A stretch of DNA of 63,851 nt from Phoronis australis (taxonomy: Eukaryota > Animalia > Phoronida), in the NCBI GenBank assembly GCA_002633005.1, contig NMRA01001010.1, positions 1 to 63,851 of the forward strand, given 5' to 3'. Each line of letters opens with the position of its first letter. Position 1 is the first letter of the stretch. Of this stretch, positions 38,648 to 51,861 are shown in pieces. The notes under the pieces were generated by a model, which had not been told where the DNA came from, did no database searches, and worked only from the letters and a program-made list of their open reading frames with translations. Position numbers and translations under genes: made by a program.

Positions 38648-39060
38648 AGGAGAATGCCGCCCGATTTAATTAGTCATCTTTACCGTCTGAATCGGTCTAT
38701 ATCCACATCGCCTCGCATACGGTCGACCTTACATTGCCGAGCGGTGTCGCGTTAACACGTGAGGAAGGGGAGAAACGACGCAACGACGTCAATGGTTCAT
38801 CTGCAGAGTTAATGCCGCTATGTTGCGGTGCATCGTTCCCGCTTGTACGAACTATGAAGCTGCGATGAAAGCGGGTATATCGTTTTTTCGACTTCCTCGA
38901 GAGCCCAAAAGGCTTAGGAAATAGCTCGCGGTAGTGAAAAGTGAAAAGTACGCTTTTAATAGCAACTATGAGGCTGTGAAACATCTCCCTGTCTGTGGCC
39001 AGCATTTCGTCGACAGTGATTTCTCTGACGAATGCTGGCTTTCCAAAGAACTATCTAATA
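38648..39060 (+). mobile_element. Kolobok-like element end plus THAP-domain pseudo-ORF; not in ORF track
   Basis: TTAA|AGGAGAATGCC at 38644. ATG 38820 reads MLRCIVPACTNYEAAMKAGISFFRLPREPKRLRK*LAVVKSEK...PVCGQHFVDSDF, with TAG at the conserved Trp position (38922-38924). Confidence 0.75.
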
Positions 39061-39696
39061 CGTTCCGTTGCCTGTGCATGTTCACGACACCTCCTTAGTA
39101 TTTCTTGATCAGTGTATTCAGTTCGACCTGATAGCCTGTGAAACGTAACGATCCACCTACTAAGTCTTTGTCGGATGAGCTCTCGTCTAAGTCGGGGTTG
39201 CGAGTTGACGTTTATTCTGCGTTCTGTTTCAAAATGTGTACGATCGGAGATATATTAGATCATATTTAAAAGATTCCCAGTAATGCCGTAGGATTGAAGT
39301 TTGTGGAGTAGAAGGTCGTGAGGGACACAGTCGAAAGCAGAGGACCTGACACTCTCGCCCTTCTCAAAATGTAAATGAATCTCATGTACTATTTCAACAA
39401 GTTGTGCCACGGTGCTGTTCCCACGCAAAAAACAAATTGACGAGAATAGATCAAGTTGTTTTTTTTGAGAAATGTGACAATACTTTGGGCAATGATCTCG
39501 AAGATTTTGTACAAACTGCTACATGTGTAGCATAGCAGATCCACCACCAAACATATAAATGCATGGATCGTTATCTGAACGTTTAAACCCAATGTTGTGC
39601 AAATGCTCATCCAAAACAATGTTCCAACAACGAGGTGACTGTTTAAACCCATAAGTACTCTTGTTGAGCTTACAGACAAGGTTTATCTTGCCTTTC

Positions 39697-41623
39697 TCAA
39701 CAAATCATATACACCTCCTCATGTAACACACCATTTAGAAATGCAGTGTTCACACCCATCTGATGAAGCATCACATTTTGTTTTAATGCAAGAGCAATCA
39801 GTGCTCGCACAGACTCCGGTCTCACAACAGGACTAAAAGTGTCATCATAGTCCTGACCAAAACATTGTGAGAAACCCTGAGCCACTAACCGTGCCTTGTG
39901 ACGCTGAACACAGCCGCCAGACCCAAGTTTCTTTTTAAAAACCCATTTACACCCAATAATAGAGCGATTCACGGGGGGGTTCAACCAATGTCCACACATT
40001 GGTTTCACGGAGTGATTCCAATTCCTTATCCATAGCAGACCTCCAGTTTACCTTGTTAGGCCCGGATAATGCCTCACCCACCGAAATACGTTCAGACTTA
40101 TTTTGAGCAGCGTAAACTGGCCCATTCACCGTACCTATCTGGACTGTGTCTGTCGCAGTTCGACCTACGTAACTCTACGGAATCATCAGGAATTTCATTC
40201 ACTTCCGACTGGTTGTCATCCGCCTGTTCCACATCGATGCATTTCTCACTACCAAACTCGGACAGTACCGTTGGTCTTTTATACTCCTTCTCAAGTCCGA
40301 ATATGTACTCGTCAAACACAACATCACGAGTAAGAATGACTCGATCACGAGTTATATCATACACACGATATGCCTTACTATCAGGTGCATAACCCAGAAA
40401 GATGGTCTTTCTAGATTTTGAATCAAATTTCGAACGTTCGTCCTTGGGGACATGTGCATATGCTCTGCAGCCAAAAACACGTAAAGTATCAGCACTCGGT
40501 TTCTCGCCCATCAAGGCCTTAAATGGAGTTTGACCATTTACTGCCCTCGTAGGACTTCGGTTTCGCAAATAGGTAGCAATGGAGACTGTCTCTGCCCAAA
40601 ATTTCTGGGGCAAAAGCGATTCAGAAAGCATTGAGCGTGGAGTTTCGACAAGGGCGCGATTTATTCTTTCGGCAACTCCGTTTTGCTTTGGTGTCTTCGG
40701 AACAGTAACTTGGTGTCTGATTCCCTCTCGTCTGAGGTACTGTTCAAACTCCTTTGAAATGCACTCTCTTCCATTGTCAGATCTGAGAGTTTTGAGTTTC
40801 TGACCAGTAAGATTCTCAGCCATAGCCTATCATTCTAAAAAGGTATCGAATACCTGATCCTTACGCTTGATGATGTACACCCAAGTATGCCGGGAATAAT
40901 CATCGACAAATGTGAGAAAGTATTCACAGCCACTGAGGGAAGCTGTGCTCATTTTACGTTACGTCTCTACTGTCCTGAAGCTCCGTAAACTCGGTATATT
41001 TTGCTCTGTCATTGCACTTGTGTGTTGATGTTTTCGAGTCTATGATCCACTTACGAGTAGACCTAGCATCAGTAAGCATTGCATTTATCAGCAAGCCAAC
41101 AGACACCTCACTGTCAATGTCCTTAGTCGCTATGCTGGCTGTATCGGCTTTGTATATTATTTCTTTGGACAATTTCGTTTAATGTGACCATACAATTTAC
41201 ACCCATAACACTTAGGACCCTTGTTTGACCTAGTCTTTTCGCGAGCGACAAGTGCTTCCCCGGATGAATGTAATAAACGCTCAGTCACTAGTTCCATCCT
41301 AGGCACTTACTCGCAAGCCTCCAATGCTGTAACCAACACAGCATACATATCGGGAAGACTTGCAAGAAGATGCACAACACGATCTTCTTCGTTTACTGGA
41401 TCACCAATTACTGCAAGTTCGTTAAAAAGCTCAGTCATGTATTTGATATGAGCACTGAAGTCATCACCTGCATTTAACTTCATTGAATGTAGTTTCTTAC
41501 GTAAATGCAGCTTATTTTCCCAAGTTTTCTTTTAAAACTGGTTCTGCAATTTCTGCCACACGTCACAGGCATCCACGGGGTCACCTAGTATATACAACAA
41601 ACTAGTGTCCACTGAGAGAACTA
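39697..41623 (-). mobile_element. Ty1/Copia LTR-retrotransposon polyprotein remnant (gag, Zn knuckle, protease, integrase, RT N-terminus)
   Basis: VLSVDTSLLY...NKLHLRKKLHSMKL (gag); CYGCKLYGHIKRNC; WIIDS..STH; FVDDYSR...RSDNGRE...QNGVAERINR; GCKWVFKKK...KARLVAQGFSQ..G.DY..TFSPV. Integrase precedes RT, the Copia order. Truncated and deleted. Confidence 0.93.
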
Positions 41624-43291
41624 CAGTCAAGTGACCTAATTATCGGACGTTTTGGCAGAAGGCCAGCGCAGCAGTGAGACAGGTCAAGTGACGGCATTAT
41701 ATTTAAAGACCTTGTCGCACGCGTTGTTAACCCTTATTACATGGTTAGAGGATGTTATAAGGATCCAAGAAGTACTTACCCCATAACTAATACAAGATCC
41801 GTACTCGAAAAAAGTTTAAATGAACGCGCCACTCACGATTCGCACCCGAAGAACCACCGCCATTTTGAACTTGCCGCGAACCCGGAAGTACAATTCATTC
41901 AGGAACCCAGGCTAAGAAAACGCCGTCAGTGCGACTGGAGCAGTGCGGGTTACCAGCCTGCAAAAGGAGATAAAATAACCGACAGCGCGCCATTATTTTA
42001 ATAAAATCAAAGCCAATTTTATCGAATTTGATGAAGAAATGTGGCGAATAAATTTTGACAGAAATTATTTTGCCGGACTCGGGACCGCAGCCTATCGGAC
42101 TCGGTGCGGATCGAGACAAGACACTGGGGAACGGTAAATGCATGCGGTTGCAAGCTGTTTTGTCGAAGTAAAATGTTCAAATCATAAATGCCGCATATAT
42201 TCAAAGGTACTTTCGGACACTTGCATGAAATTACGGGCTGGTTAGTCCTGTGTCACACTGCCGCGGCAGACCTAAGCTAGCTTCAGTGCCAGCTACCAGT
42301 ATGAAGACTAACTACAGCTTGTTAGTAGGCCTAACCAGCTTTGCGTCAAGGCTACACTTAGGCCTACCTGGTCGCTGGCCACAGCGCTCGCTCAAACGAG
42401 GTTTTTTAGAACTTGGGTACTTCTGGCGAACTGTGCAAAGTTGTTGACTTTCAACAGAGATTTTCCCAGACTTTATATGAGCGCACCAAGCCTAAAAGAA
42501 TGGGGGCTGGAATATTTGGGAATGTCTATCTTTTACTATAACATTCACTGGTTATGTCCAGAGCTATGAGTTGCAGACGCTAAATTTTGGTACTTCCAGT
42601 CTTCTTGTGGAATATTGTCTCGTTTTCTATTTCTTTCGGAGTCCTTCCTTCTCTGATGCAGACCTTTTCCCATTTCTCCAAATAGGGGGCTCATTCGAGC
42701 TCATACCTATGTCAATGCATAACACGAACTAATCACCAATGCTATTTTAACACAATGTGCGTGTGTATTTATTGACAACTTGTAACAAAAAATCTGCAAT
42801 TAGATTAACTTAGCATTTATTACGTACCTGTCGGGTTCGAATAGCCCGTATCATGCAGTGTTATTCCACATCACCATACCTACTGGACACGGTTCAGAGA
42901 CTTGGGCTAAGACCACTTAGCAACTTTCAAACTACTTCCTATTTACTTCGTCGCTCTATGTTGTGTTTCTAATTAATTTGGCCAAACTATCACAAAAATA
43001 AGTCATTAACCGCAAATGACAAATGCAGAATTCTGTGCAACATACTTTAACTACAAAATAATAAGAAAAGACTGCCTTGGTGCAACCACTTTCTTTACAG
43101 GTACTGTTAAAATAACATCAGTGGATAATACTGATTTTATATAGATTCATTTCATTCTTTTCAAGCACTGTATTTCAGTGCACTACTTCTGTGAGCAGAT
43201 ACTGTTTTTTAACCCCTTGGCTGCAAAGAAAAGGAAACAGCAACAGCGCGAAGCGTGAGGAAATATTGAGCTCAGGAACCAGTAGGTACGA

Positions 43292-43495
43292 CTGGTAGCG
43301 GATTTGGGGGGGGGCTGAGATCAGGTCGCGGCGGAATCGTGTTACCGTTTTTTTTGTCCAAGGATAAGTTTGCAACCAGAAGGTCCACATCCCCGGCTCC
43401 AGAACTTTCGAGCCGCCTGTGCAGTTACGATCTCGCTTTGCCCAATTCCCCGAGGCAACGTGTTGTCCCCCTATGATATCCTAGATCCGCCACTG
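43292..43495. mobile_element. hAT-type MITE
   Basis: Right end agatccgccactg (reverse complement CAGTGGCGGATCT) with a degenerate left end ctggtagcggattt. Confidence 0.45.
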
Positions 43496-43878
43496 TTAAC
43501 AGGGGTCGTTTTTATTTTGGGTTAGCCACTGCAGTAGGGTATTAGCAATGATTTGCAACCAAATGGCCATGTAGGCTAACAAACTCTAAATTTCCCTAAG
43601 AACATATGCTTGTGAATGTGCATGAAGCTCAATCAAAAAAATAGCTAAGAGCGCATCCATCTAATTCGTCTAACAGAATAAATAAGTCATAGCCATCTTC
43701 TTTGACAGGTTTATACTAATAGGTAAAATTAAGAAACAAACAATGGCATATTGTTTGGAGAATGTAAATTTAATAACCAAATATTGCAACCACAAAGATA
43801 ACCGTGGTGTATCCATGACAAACTTATAAACAGATAGCAACATCTATCCACAACTCAGGAGCATCCACTCGTCACTCA

Positions 43879-46800
43879 TCAGCGAAACCTGGTAACATAA
43901 GACTGAACAGCCTCTGCCTTATCGGGTCTCGCATATTGGCTCGACAAAGGTAACGGAGTGTGTTGAAGCTCCACGCGTTGGTACGTTGGGTCAACACCTC
44001 CGTCACAGGGATATTTGTATACTCTGCAATATAATGTAACACTAGAGTCTTAGGTGTGTTAGCAGGGTTGTAGTACAGCTTACCTACACCGTTCAGCAGG
44101 ACCTCTTCACAATGCAGTCTAGCAAGTTTACGAAACGATGGTACAAAATAATATAATTCCTACCTAGTTAAAACAAACTACAGTTTTAAGGTTTCTTATT
44201 GCTTAATGTAACAAGGTTCTACTGTACTGACTTCGATAAACTATCTACATAACTAAAAATCATGACTCATCCAAAACAGATTTAGGACAAAAAATGTAAT
44301 TATGACAATTCCAGGATTAGAATAAACGTTAATTTATGTAAAAATAACTTAAGTGTAGAACTGTCTGTCATCTCATTGAGTGAATAGTGATTAACGGATT
44401 TTTTCCCTAACTGGTCACAAAAAGCTATTGACCCACCATATGTTGCAGACTCCATGACCTTTGACACTGTCGCTTGGCCTTTTCGGAACTTTCGGAACTT
44501 CATACCAAAGTCCAAGCTCCCATCTTTGCTTCTGGCTTGCGACCGGGCTGCATTTTCGTTGAAATGGGGAGCTGCAATTTGGACTTTGAAAACAGATCAT
44601 TATATGAGGAAAATGAAACTCACAACCCAACATTTGCTTAGTAAATGGTCAACAACCTAAGGATTGTTCACAAAAACTTTAGAAAAAAATCTTTTTAAAA
44701 TGCATATATTGAGGGGTTCAAATTTTGAGGTGTGAATTACTGTATACTAAAAATATTTGTCAAGATACTACATCTTTTTGTTTGAAAGTTGGCACAAACC
44801 TGCTAGCCATGCCTTGAAATCCAAAGTGGTACATCTTTGGGGCAAATGTGTTAACAAGGCTGTTAAAACCTTCCACCATTGACCTTTGACCTTCAGGTGA
44901 CAGTCGAGGGACATCTTTTAGAAGTTGTTTGCTCTCAAGCACTTCACAGAGTTCTTCATAAGCTTCTGTTCCTATGAAATATGTTGCGGGCATGACAATG
45001 ACCTTGTGAAACAGAACATATTTAATAATTAGCCCCCAGTGCCTCGACACAAGTTCCATAGTTACACCTGTTTCAAAAATAATAGTTATTCAAGGTTCCA
45101 TTCCACAAGATGTTAGTCAGTGTTCGTTGTATTATGTCTTGTTTGTGACAGAACAAATTGACAAGTGAACTTTGTCATTTTATTATTTCCATTACTTCTT
45201 GTATTTTGCAAATACGATCTGCTCACAAGCAGAGTGTGCAATTAAATTAAAGTTCAGGAAATCAAAACTTTTTTCCAAAAACTTAAGAGTACCTGGCTGA
45301 AACCAAGCCTTTCCCGCACCAACATGAGGCAAGGGACCATGAGCACACTCTGCGAAGCTATCATCATGTCCATCGTGAATGTTAGCGATGTGTCGGGTTA
45401 AACTTTTCCACTTAGCAAGTGCAAGCTCCCCATCTCCACCACTACTTGTGGCGCTCCAGTATAGATGGTTAATAATGCTTCTCATCCAACAAGAAACAAA
45501 ACAAGACGACAGGCTGCTTTCTTGGACAAGGCTTCTAACTTTTTGAGTAACCCTACAACAATATGGGTAGAAAACAATTGTTTACATAGGAAGTTAAATG
45601 ACAAAGTGTTTAAAATTCTATTAATGCAGTATTGGGTACTTAGGCAGTACATAGTGTGTAAAACTCATTGTCTGCGTTCATCTGTCATGAATGTTGGTTT
45701 ATGCCCATCTTTTTCAAATTCTTTTTTAACCCTCACATTCCAATGTATCACTTCAGGCTGTTGATAAAACATGCTTATGTGTAAAAAAACTCAAAACGGA
45801 AAATCGATGTATGACGTTTCAGCTATTCACTACACATCATGGTATGTCAACACTTGTTGCCTAATTGTTTATAACTTGGCAATGTCTAATGAATAGATGA
45901 AACGTCCAGTCAATATCAACTTTTTTATTCCTGTGGCAATTGCCCGTTTTTTAACCTTACAAAAACAAAACCATAGAATCCAAAAGTAGAGCAAATTATC
46001 AGACATACCTTTCCCAACGTGCCATATGTCGAAGAAATGAAGCACGTCCTCCCAATTCTCTTTCACCCATTTGTTGATTGATACGTGCCTAACAGTAACC
46101 AAAACTCTCGCTCCAAATCCGTCAAGGAATGTCTTTACCCTTTTTAAACCCTCGAGCTCCATGTAATAAGACCCTCTGGTTTCGTTGCTCTGAAAAAAAA
46201 TAACAGCATGACAGCTATCACTTGATGTCTGCACTGGCTTCTGCAATTTTTCATGTAACAGATAGGTTAAGACTAAGCCTAATTCCTCTTCAATAGACAC
46301 ACAGCATTTGATAACATTTTTCTTCTCTTTAGTGCCACTGACTTCATGACCTGAGGAATGGAGAACTGTAACATACTATGTATGTACAACTGAAAAAATA
46401 TATATCTTTAGATAAAACGGATAAATATGCCATTTCTATACCCGAATAAGCTGAAGGTCGATGACCTTTTTGCGCTCTAAGTCGACAGCAACATATGTAC
46501 CATATTTGGCAGAGTGGCCCATTGAATCGCATCGTCCATCACCACCTATCATCATGCCCTCCTCAGGAGCAGATTCTATCAATTCGGCTTGCTGGCGTTG
46601 GAATATTGCCCTCACAGCCTGGTGAAGGAGGGAAGACTGATGGCGAAAGAAGGTTGACCTATTGTACACTTGCACTCCCATCATTCTAAGCAGTCGCAGA
46701 GTTTTGCAGGGAAGTACCCCAACAAATAAGATGGCAGCCGAGAGTAATACATTGCCAGCATAGGTTTCTCCAATCAGTGGCTGGGAACCCCAAGTAAAGG

Positions 46801-48308
46801 AGTTCCTACAAATGTCACATGATTGGTGGATAGCAACCATAGTCCCTTCTACTCTTGACACCTCACCGTGTGCTCCATGGCCTCCACAAAGCTGACAAAT
46901 CGCGAACAGCTTCAGCAGCATACTCTCAAACACTATAAATTTTCTCTCTGCTTGAACATTGTGTCTCCCCCTGGAAAAAGAATTCAGTTATAGCAACTAT
47001 CTTTCTTCAATAAATGAATAAAGGTAAGTAAATTGTGACTCACTGTTTCATGTGACTACTGGGTTAAAGGTAATGGTTTATTGGGAATAAGGACTTTTAT
47101 GAAACAGTGATAATGTACACATTTTTGTAAAATATGTATCAAGTCCAAGTATCTATAGCTCATTCTACTTTACATTCCTCTCAAAGTCGTACCTCAAATA
47201 CCTTCCAGTGAACTTACTCAGAGTTAGAATCGGCATTGGCTTCTTCTTCGTCGTCGTCCTCGTCATCAACCTCTTCGTGCTCAGGATTGTAATCCGGATC
47301 ATGCTTCTCCCTTCCCATAGGTTCTTCCTCTCCACATCTGAACTGCTGTTCTTTAACATCCCTTGCCTTCTCAAAATTGTTTAAAAGATGACTTTCTGGT
47401 GCCTGTGTAATCTTATCAAGAGATCCAACAGCAGCTTGCACTCCTAAAATAGGCAAGAACTAGATATATCAGAAAACGTTTTATAGTAAAAGAACAGTAA
47501 ACAAAAATGTAGCTCTGACATCACCAATATAGTCAATTGTAACAGTGTCAAAAGTATGAGAAACAATATGAAAGAAGAGATGCAAATTGTTCTCGAATCA
47601 CAATTATACCGTTTCTGATTCAGATGAAAAAATTCAAATTGATATTCCACTAAGAAGCCATGACTCATGCAGAACAAATAGATTTACATAAAAGTACCTC
47701 TGTCTCGTGTTGCTATGTAACATTGCGTCGTTATTGTCCTCTTTTTGTTCCCAGTTTGCGTACTTCCGTTCCTTGTGGTGGGTGTGTCGGTGCCTACAGA
47801 AACCGATTAGGAATTGTTTGTTGAAATTCGAAGGGCATCCTCAACATACAATTTTTGTTCTGAAGCACTAGGACCTATACGTTTGGAGACTGGGGAATCT
47901 GAGACTTCATCAGAAAAATTTCTTTGCCCGAATTCCGGAATGCATCATTAACTGTAATTAGTAGTCCAATGCCTTTACAAGAAATCAAGTCAATGACTAC
48001 AAATGCAACATTTCAAATTTTAGACTTTTCCTAAATATGTCAACCTCCATTTAAACCCTAAAACTGATACCAACAAAGTTAATTAACTAAGGGAGCATGT
48101 TAACCCAATGACAAACCTACTTGGGAAAGTATTCATGGAAATAAAGTGCTTAACTTGCACACAAATCAGCTGTAACTGCAGCGGCAATGCAATTGTTCAT
48201 ACCTCCATATTCCTTCTCTTTTCAAATGCCTTGGACTCTGCCTTTCTCTTTCTGGAATTTTCCAGTCCACGCAATGTGGGCACGGCTCCTCCTTTGAGAA
48301 GTCTACGT
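43879..48308 (-). pseudogene. Intron-containing Kolobok-type DDE transposase (with THAP C-terminal AVPT exon), disrupted
   Basis: Exons: 48308-48203 (RRLLKGGAVPTL), ~47900-47698 (STQT/TQC), 47443-47218 (DPDYNP, acidic), 46970-46442 (KFIVFES..C..C, WGSQP, GNVLLSAAILF, GDGRCDSMGHSAKYGTY), 46189-46009 (SNE..MELEG..TVRH..DIWH), 45552-45293 (INHLYWS..CAHG), 44971-44800 (VEGFNS..FAPK), ~44585-44437 (HFNEN), 44023-43879 (RPDKAEAV..RFR*). Frameshifts, a lost acceptor and TDRH>TVRH indicate inactivation. Confidence 0.85.
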
Positions 48309-51300
48309 CTGAAAAGTATTTTTCGAATTGACTCAATAAAATACTATTTAAAGCCTTCGTAGATTTGGTAAACTGACTTTTAGTATTGTCAAAACACATA
48401 TTGCTTTCATTTTTAACCAAATTATTTTAAGTTAATTTTTGCCAAAACATCGCACGTCTTCGCGTTTGTAATTGTTTTAAATATATCATGTAACTACTTC
48501 GTCGTATAACGATCACATTTGCGTACGGTGAAAAAACTATATTAACAAAAAATGAAATTGGATAAATATATGTTATACAACGCACGTGTTCGTACCACTG
48601 GATAAGTATGTCGAGGTTCGTGATATGCTAAGCCCGAGTTCAGATACATTTGCAGCCAGCATGACACGGTAGTTCAAGTTGTATTTTAAAGCAGTTACAG
48701 GCTTGGGTTGCATATCTGACATTTTCAGTATTTTTGCATGCGCGCACCCAGACAAAAAGTCCGAGATACTGAGGCAAAAGTCCACTAAACATGCGCAAAC
48801 GCTCAATTTAGAGGAGGCAGTGTGGCTTGGTTGATAAGTGCCCGCTTTCTTTACTCGAAGTCGTGGGTTCTAGTCCCACCAGGTGACACTGCTAAACCCT
48901 TGAGCCAGGTTTCTAGCTCCTCAGCTCGGTTTTAACGATATACTAAAGGCGAAGGCAACCTTTTTTCATGTCATTTTTATCAAAAAATAGGGTCCGTTGA
49001 TTATCCTAGACATCTTTTTCACTTATTTACAGGCTTTCGTAATTTAATTAATTACTCGTCGTCTACTCCGGAAGTGACGTTTTGGGAGGCAAGAATTTCG
49101 CGCCAATTTCTTTTCGTACAGTCTTGACTGTGAGAGCAGTCGAGTCAGTCATTGTTCTACCTCGGTCGTCGTTTGCTTTTGTTTACGAGTCAGTCAACAT
49201 GCCACGCTGTTGCTGCCTATCGAGATGTACTCATTATCGTCTCACGTACAGAGGAAGAACTGTCCCACTTGCCCGAGTGTCCCGCGACACACTCCCGATG
49301 GTGACTTGAGTACCAAAACTGCTTACATCCCGCCGTGCGACTCCCTCGTCACACACGTGGCACCTTCTAAATAGCTCCAATACAAGTCCACAATAAACTT
49401 ATCAAACTTAAGTTCACCAATCTGTTCACTGGATGACGAACTGTCCTTTTCATTGGGTGTCAAACTGGGCCTGTATTCACTCCCACTACTCAACATCGCT
49501 GCAGGGCTGCTTACAGGCTCTGGGCTAGACAACAGCACACGGGGAATCACTGCTAGTTCCTGGAATTGCACGCTATGGGGTACGTTTGGAGGCATGGGTG
49601 ACAGTAGATGAAGTGCCTCCAGTCACTGTTTATAGTGGCTACAGCTCGCGAGGCTTCTCGCTTCAAAAATGCACTTCTCGGGGGTGGCGATGGGGGACTG
49701 CCGGGAATCAACAGCGACGGTACGGAACCCTTCTTCAGGCGTTGTTTCGCAGGGACCTTCATCAATTCAGCTTACATAGGCCTATCTCTGTCGTAATCTG
49801 ACGGCTGAAAATGCTTGCCACTGCTTTGTACGTTGCGTGAAAGGGTAGCGCTGCGTTCTTCACACGAACGAGCTAGCCAAGTACGGNCAGTCCACGCAAT
49901 GTGGGCACGGCTCCTTCTTTGAGAAGTCTACGTCTGAAAAGTATTTTTCGAATTGACTCAATAAAATACTATTTAAAGCCTTCGTAGATTTGGTAAACTG
50001 ACTTTTAGTATTGTCAAAACACACATTGCTTTCATTTTTAACCAAATTATTTTAAGTTAATTTTTGCCAAAACATCGCACGTCTTCGCGTTTGTAATTGT
50101 TTTAAAAATATCATGTAACTACTTCGTCGTATAACGATCACATTTGCGTACGGTGAAAGAACTATGTTAACAAAAAATGAAATTGGATAAATATATGTTA
50201 TACAACGTACGTGTTCGTACCACTGCATAAGTATGTCGAGGTTTGTGATATGCTAAGCCCGAGTTCAGATATATTTGCAGCCTGCATGACACGGTAGTTC
50301 AAGTTGTATTTTACAGCAGTTACAGGCTTGGGGTGCATATCTGACATTTTCAGTATTTTTGCATGCGCGCACCCAGACAAAAAGTCAGAGAAACTGAGGC
50401 AAAAGTCCACTAAACATGCGCAAACGCTCAATTTAGAGGAGGCAGTGTGGCTTGATAAGTGCCCGCTTTCTTTACTCGAAGTCGTGGGTTCTAGTCCCAC
50501 CAGGTCACACTGCAAAACCCTTGAGCCAGGTTTCTAGCTCCTCAGCTCGGTTTTAACGATATACTAAAGGCGAAGGTAACCTTTTTTCATGTCATTTTTA
50601 GCAAAAAATAGGGTCCGTTGATTATCCCAGACATATTTTTCACTTATTTACAGGTTTTCGTAATTTAATGAATTACTCGTCGCCTACTCCGGAAGTGACG
50701 TTTTGGGAGGCAAGCATTTCGCGCCAATTTCTTTTCATACAGTCTGACTGTGAGAGCAGTCGATTCAGTCATTGTTCTACCTCGGTCGTCGTTTGCTTTT
50801 GTTTACGAGTCAGTCAACATGCCACGCTGTTGCTGCCTACCGAGATGTACTCATTATCGTCTCACGTACAGAGGAAGAACTGTCCCACTTGCCCGAGTGT
50901 CCCGCGACACACTCCCGATGGTGACTTGAGTACCAAAACTGCTTACATCTCGCCGTGCGACTCCCTCGTTACACACGTGGCACCTTCTAAATAGATCCAA
51001 TACAAGTCCATAATAAACTTATCAAACTTAGGTTCACTAATCTGTTCACTGGATGACGAACTGTCCTTTTCATTGGGTGTCAAACTGGGCCTGTATTCAC
51101 TCCCGCTACTCAACATCGCTGCAGGGCTGCTTACAGGCTAGAGACAACAGCACACGGAGAATCACTGCTAGTTCCTGGAATTGCACGCTATGGGGTACGT
51201 TTGGACGCATGGGTGACAGTAGATGAAGTGCCTCCAGTCACTGTTTATAGTGGCTACAGCTCGCGAGGCTTCTCGCTTCAAAAATGCACTTCTCGGGGGT

Positions 51301-51500
51301 GGCGATGGGGGACTGCAGGGAATCAAGAGCGACAGTACGGAACCCTTCTTCAGGCGTTGTTTCGCAGGGACCTTCATCAATTCAGCGTACATAGGCCTAT
51401 CTCTGTCGTAATCTGACGGCTGAAAATGCTTGCCACTGCTTTGTACGTTGCGTGAACGGGTAGCGCTGGGTTCTTCACACGAACGACCCAGCCAAGTACG
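48263..51500. repeat. ~1.63-kb tandem duplication (48263-49887 vs 49889-51500) joined by a single N; probably an uncollapsed haplotype
   Basis: cagtccacgcaatgtgggcacgg occurs at 48263 and 49889, with N at 49888. Confidence 0.85.
48811..48930 (+). mobile_element. tRNA-derived SINE 5' fragment (second copy ~50436-50550)
   Basis: A-box-like GTGGCTTGGTTG and B-box GGTTCTAGTCC, followed by cccttgagccagg, which resembles conserved SINE body motifs. Confidence 0.6.
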
Positions 51501-51861
51501 GCGAAGTGTGTCATCCTTCGGAAAGCGATGCAAGGTACCCAAAGCGCGTGTGAGACGATAATGAGTACATCCTGGTACGCAGCAACAGCGTTGCATGTTG
51601 ACTGACTCGTAAACAAAAGCAAACGACGACCGAACTTAACACATCCGAGGTAGAACAATGACTGACTTGACAGCTCTCACAGTCTGACTGTATGAAAAGA
51701 AATTGGCGCGAAATTCTTGCCTCCCAAAACGTCACTTCCGGAGTAGAGGACAAGAAATTGATTAAATTACGAAAAGCTTTAATTGAGTGAAAAATATGTC
51801 TGGAATAATCAACAGACCTTATTTTTGCTAAAATGGCATGAAAAAAAGATTGCATTCGCCT
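50568..51861 (-). mobile_element. Kolobok-type THAP element, same family as 32046-33390 (truncated duplicate at 48947-49887)
   Basis: CTAA|AGGCGAAGGTAACC...GATTGCATTCGCCT|TTAA. THAP ORF from 51596: MQRCCCVPGC..LHRFPKDD..W..KHF...LKKGSV(P/L)SL, followed by an EYRPS...KFIV transposase-like stretch. Confidence 0.85.

Noticed and set aside
42100-43800. KolX accessory gene of the Kolobok element
   Set aside because: I found no Cys-rich or R..IPSC-type motif and no convincing ORF.
48263-51500. Tandem duplication as a biological event (for example long terminal direct repeats)
   Set aside because: The junction is a single N and the copies differ at allele-like levels, so an uncollapsed haplotype is more likely. 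The same doubt applies to 3782-7903.
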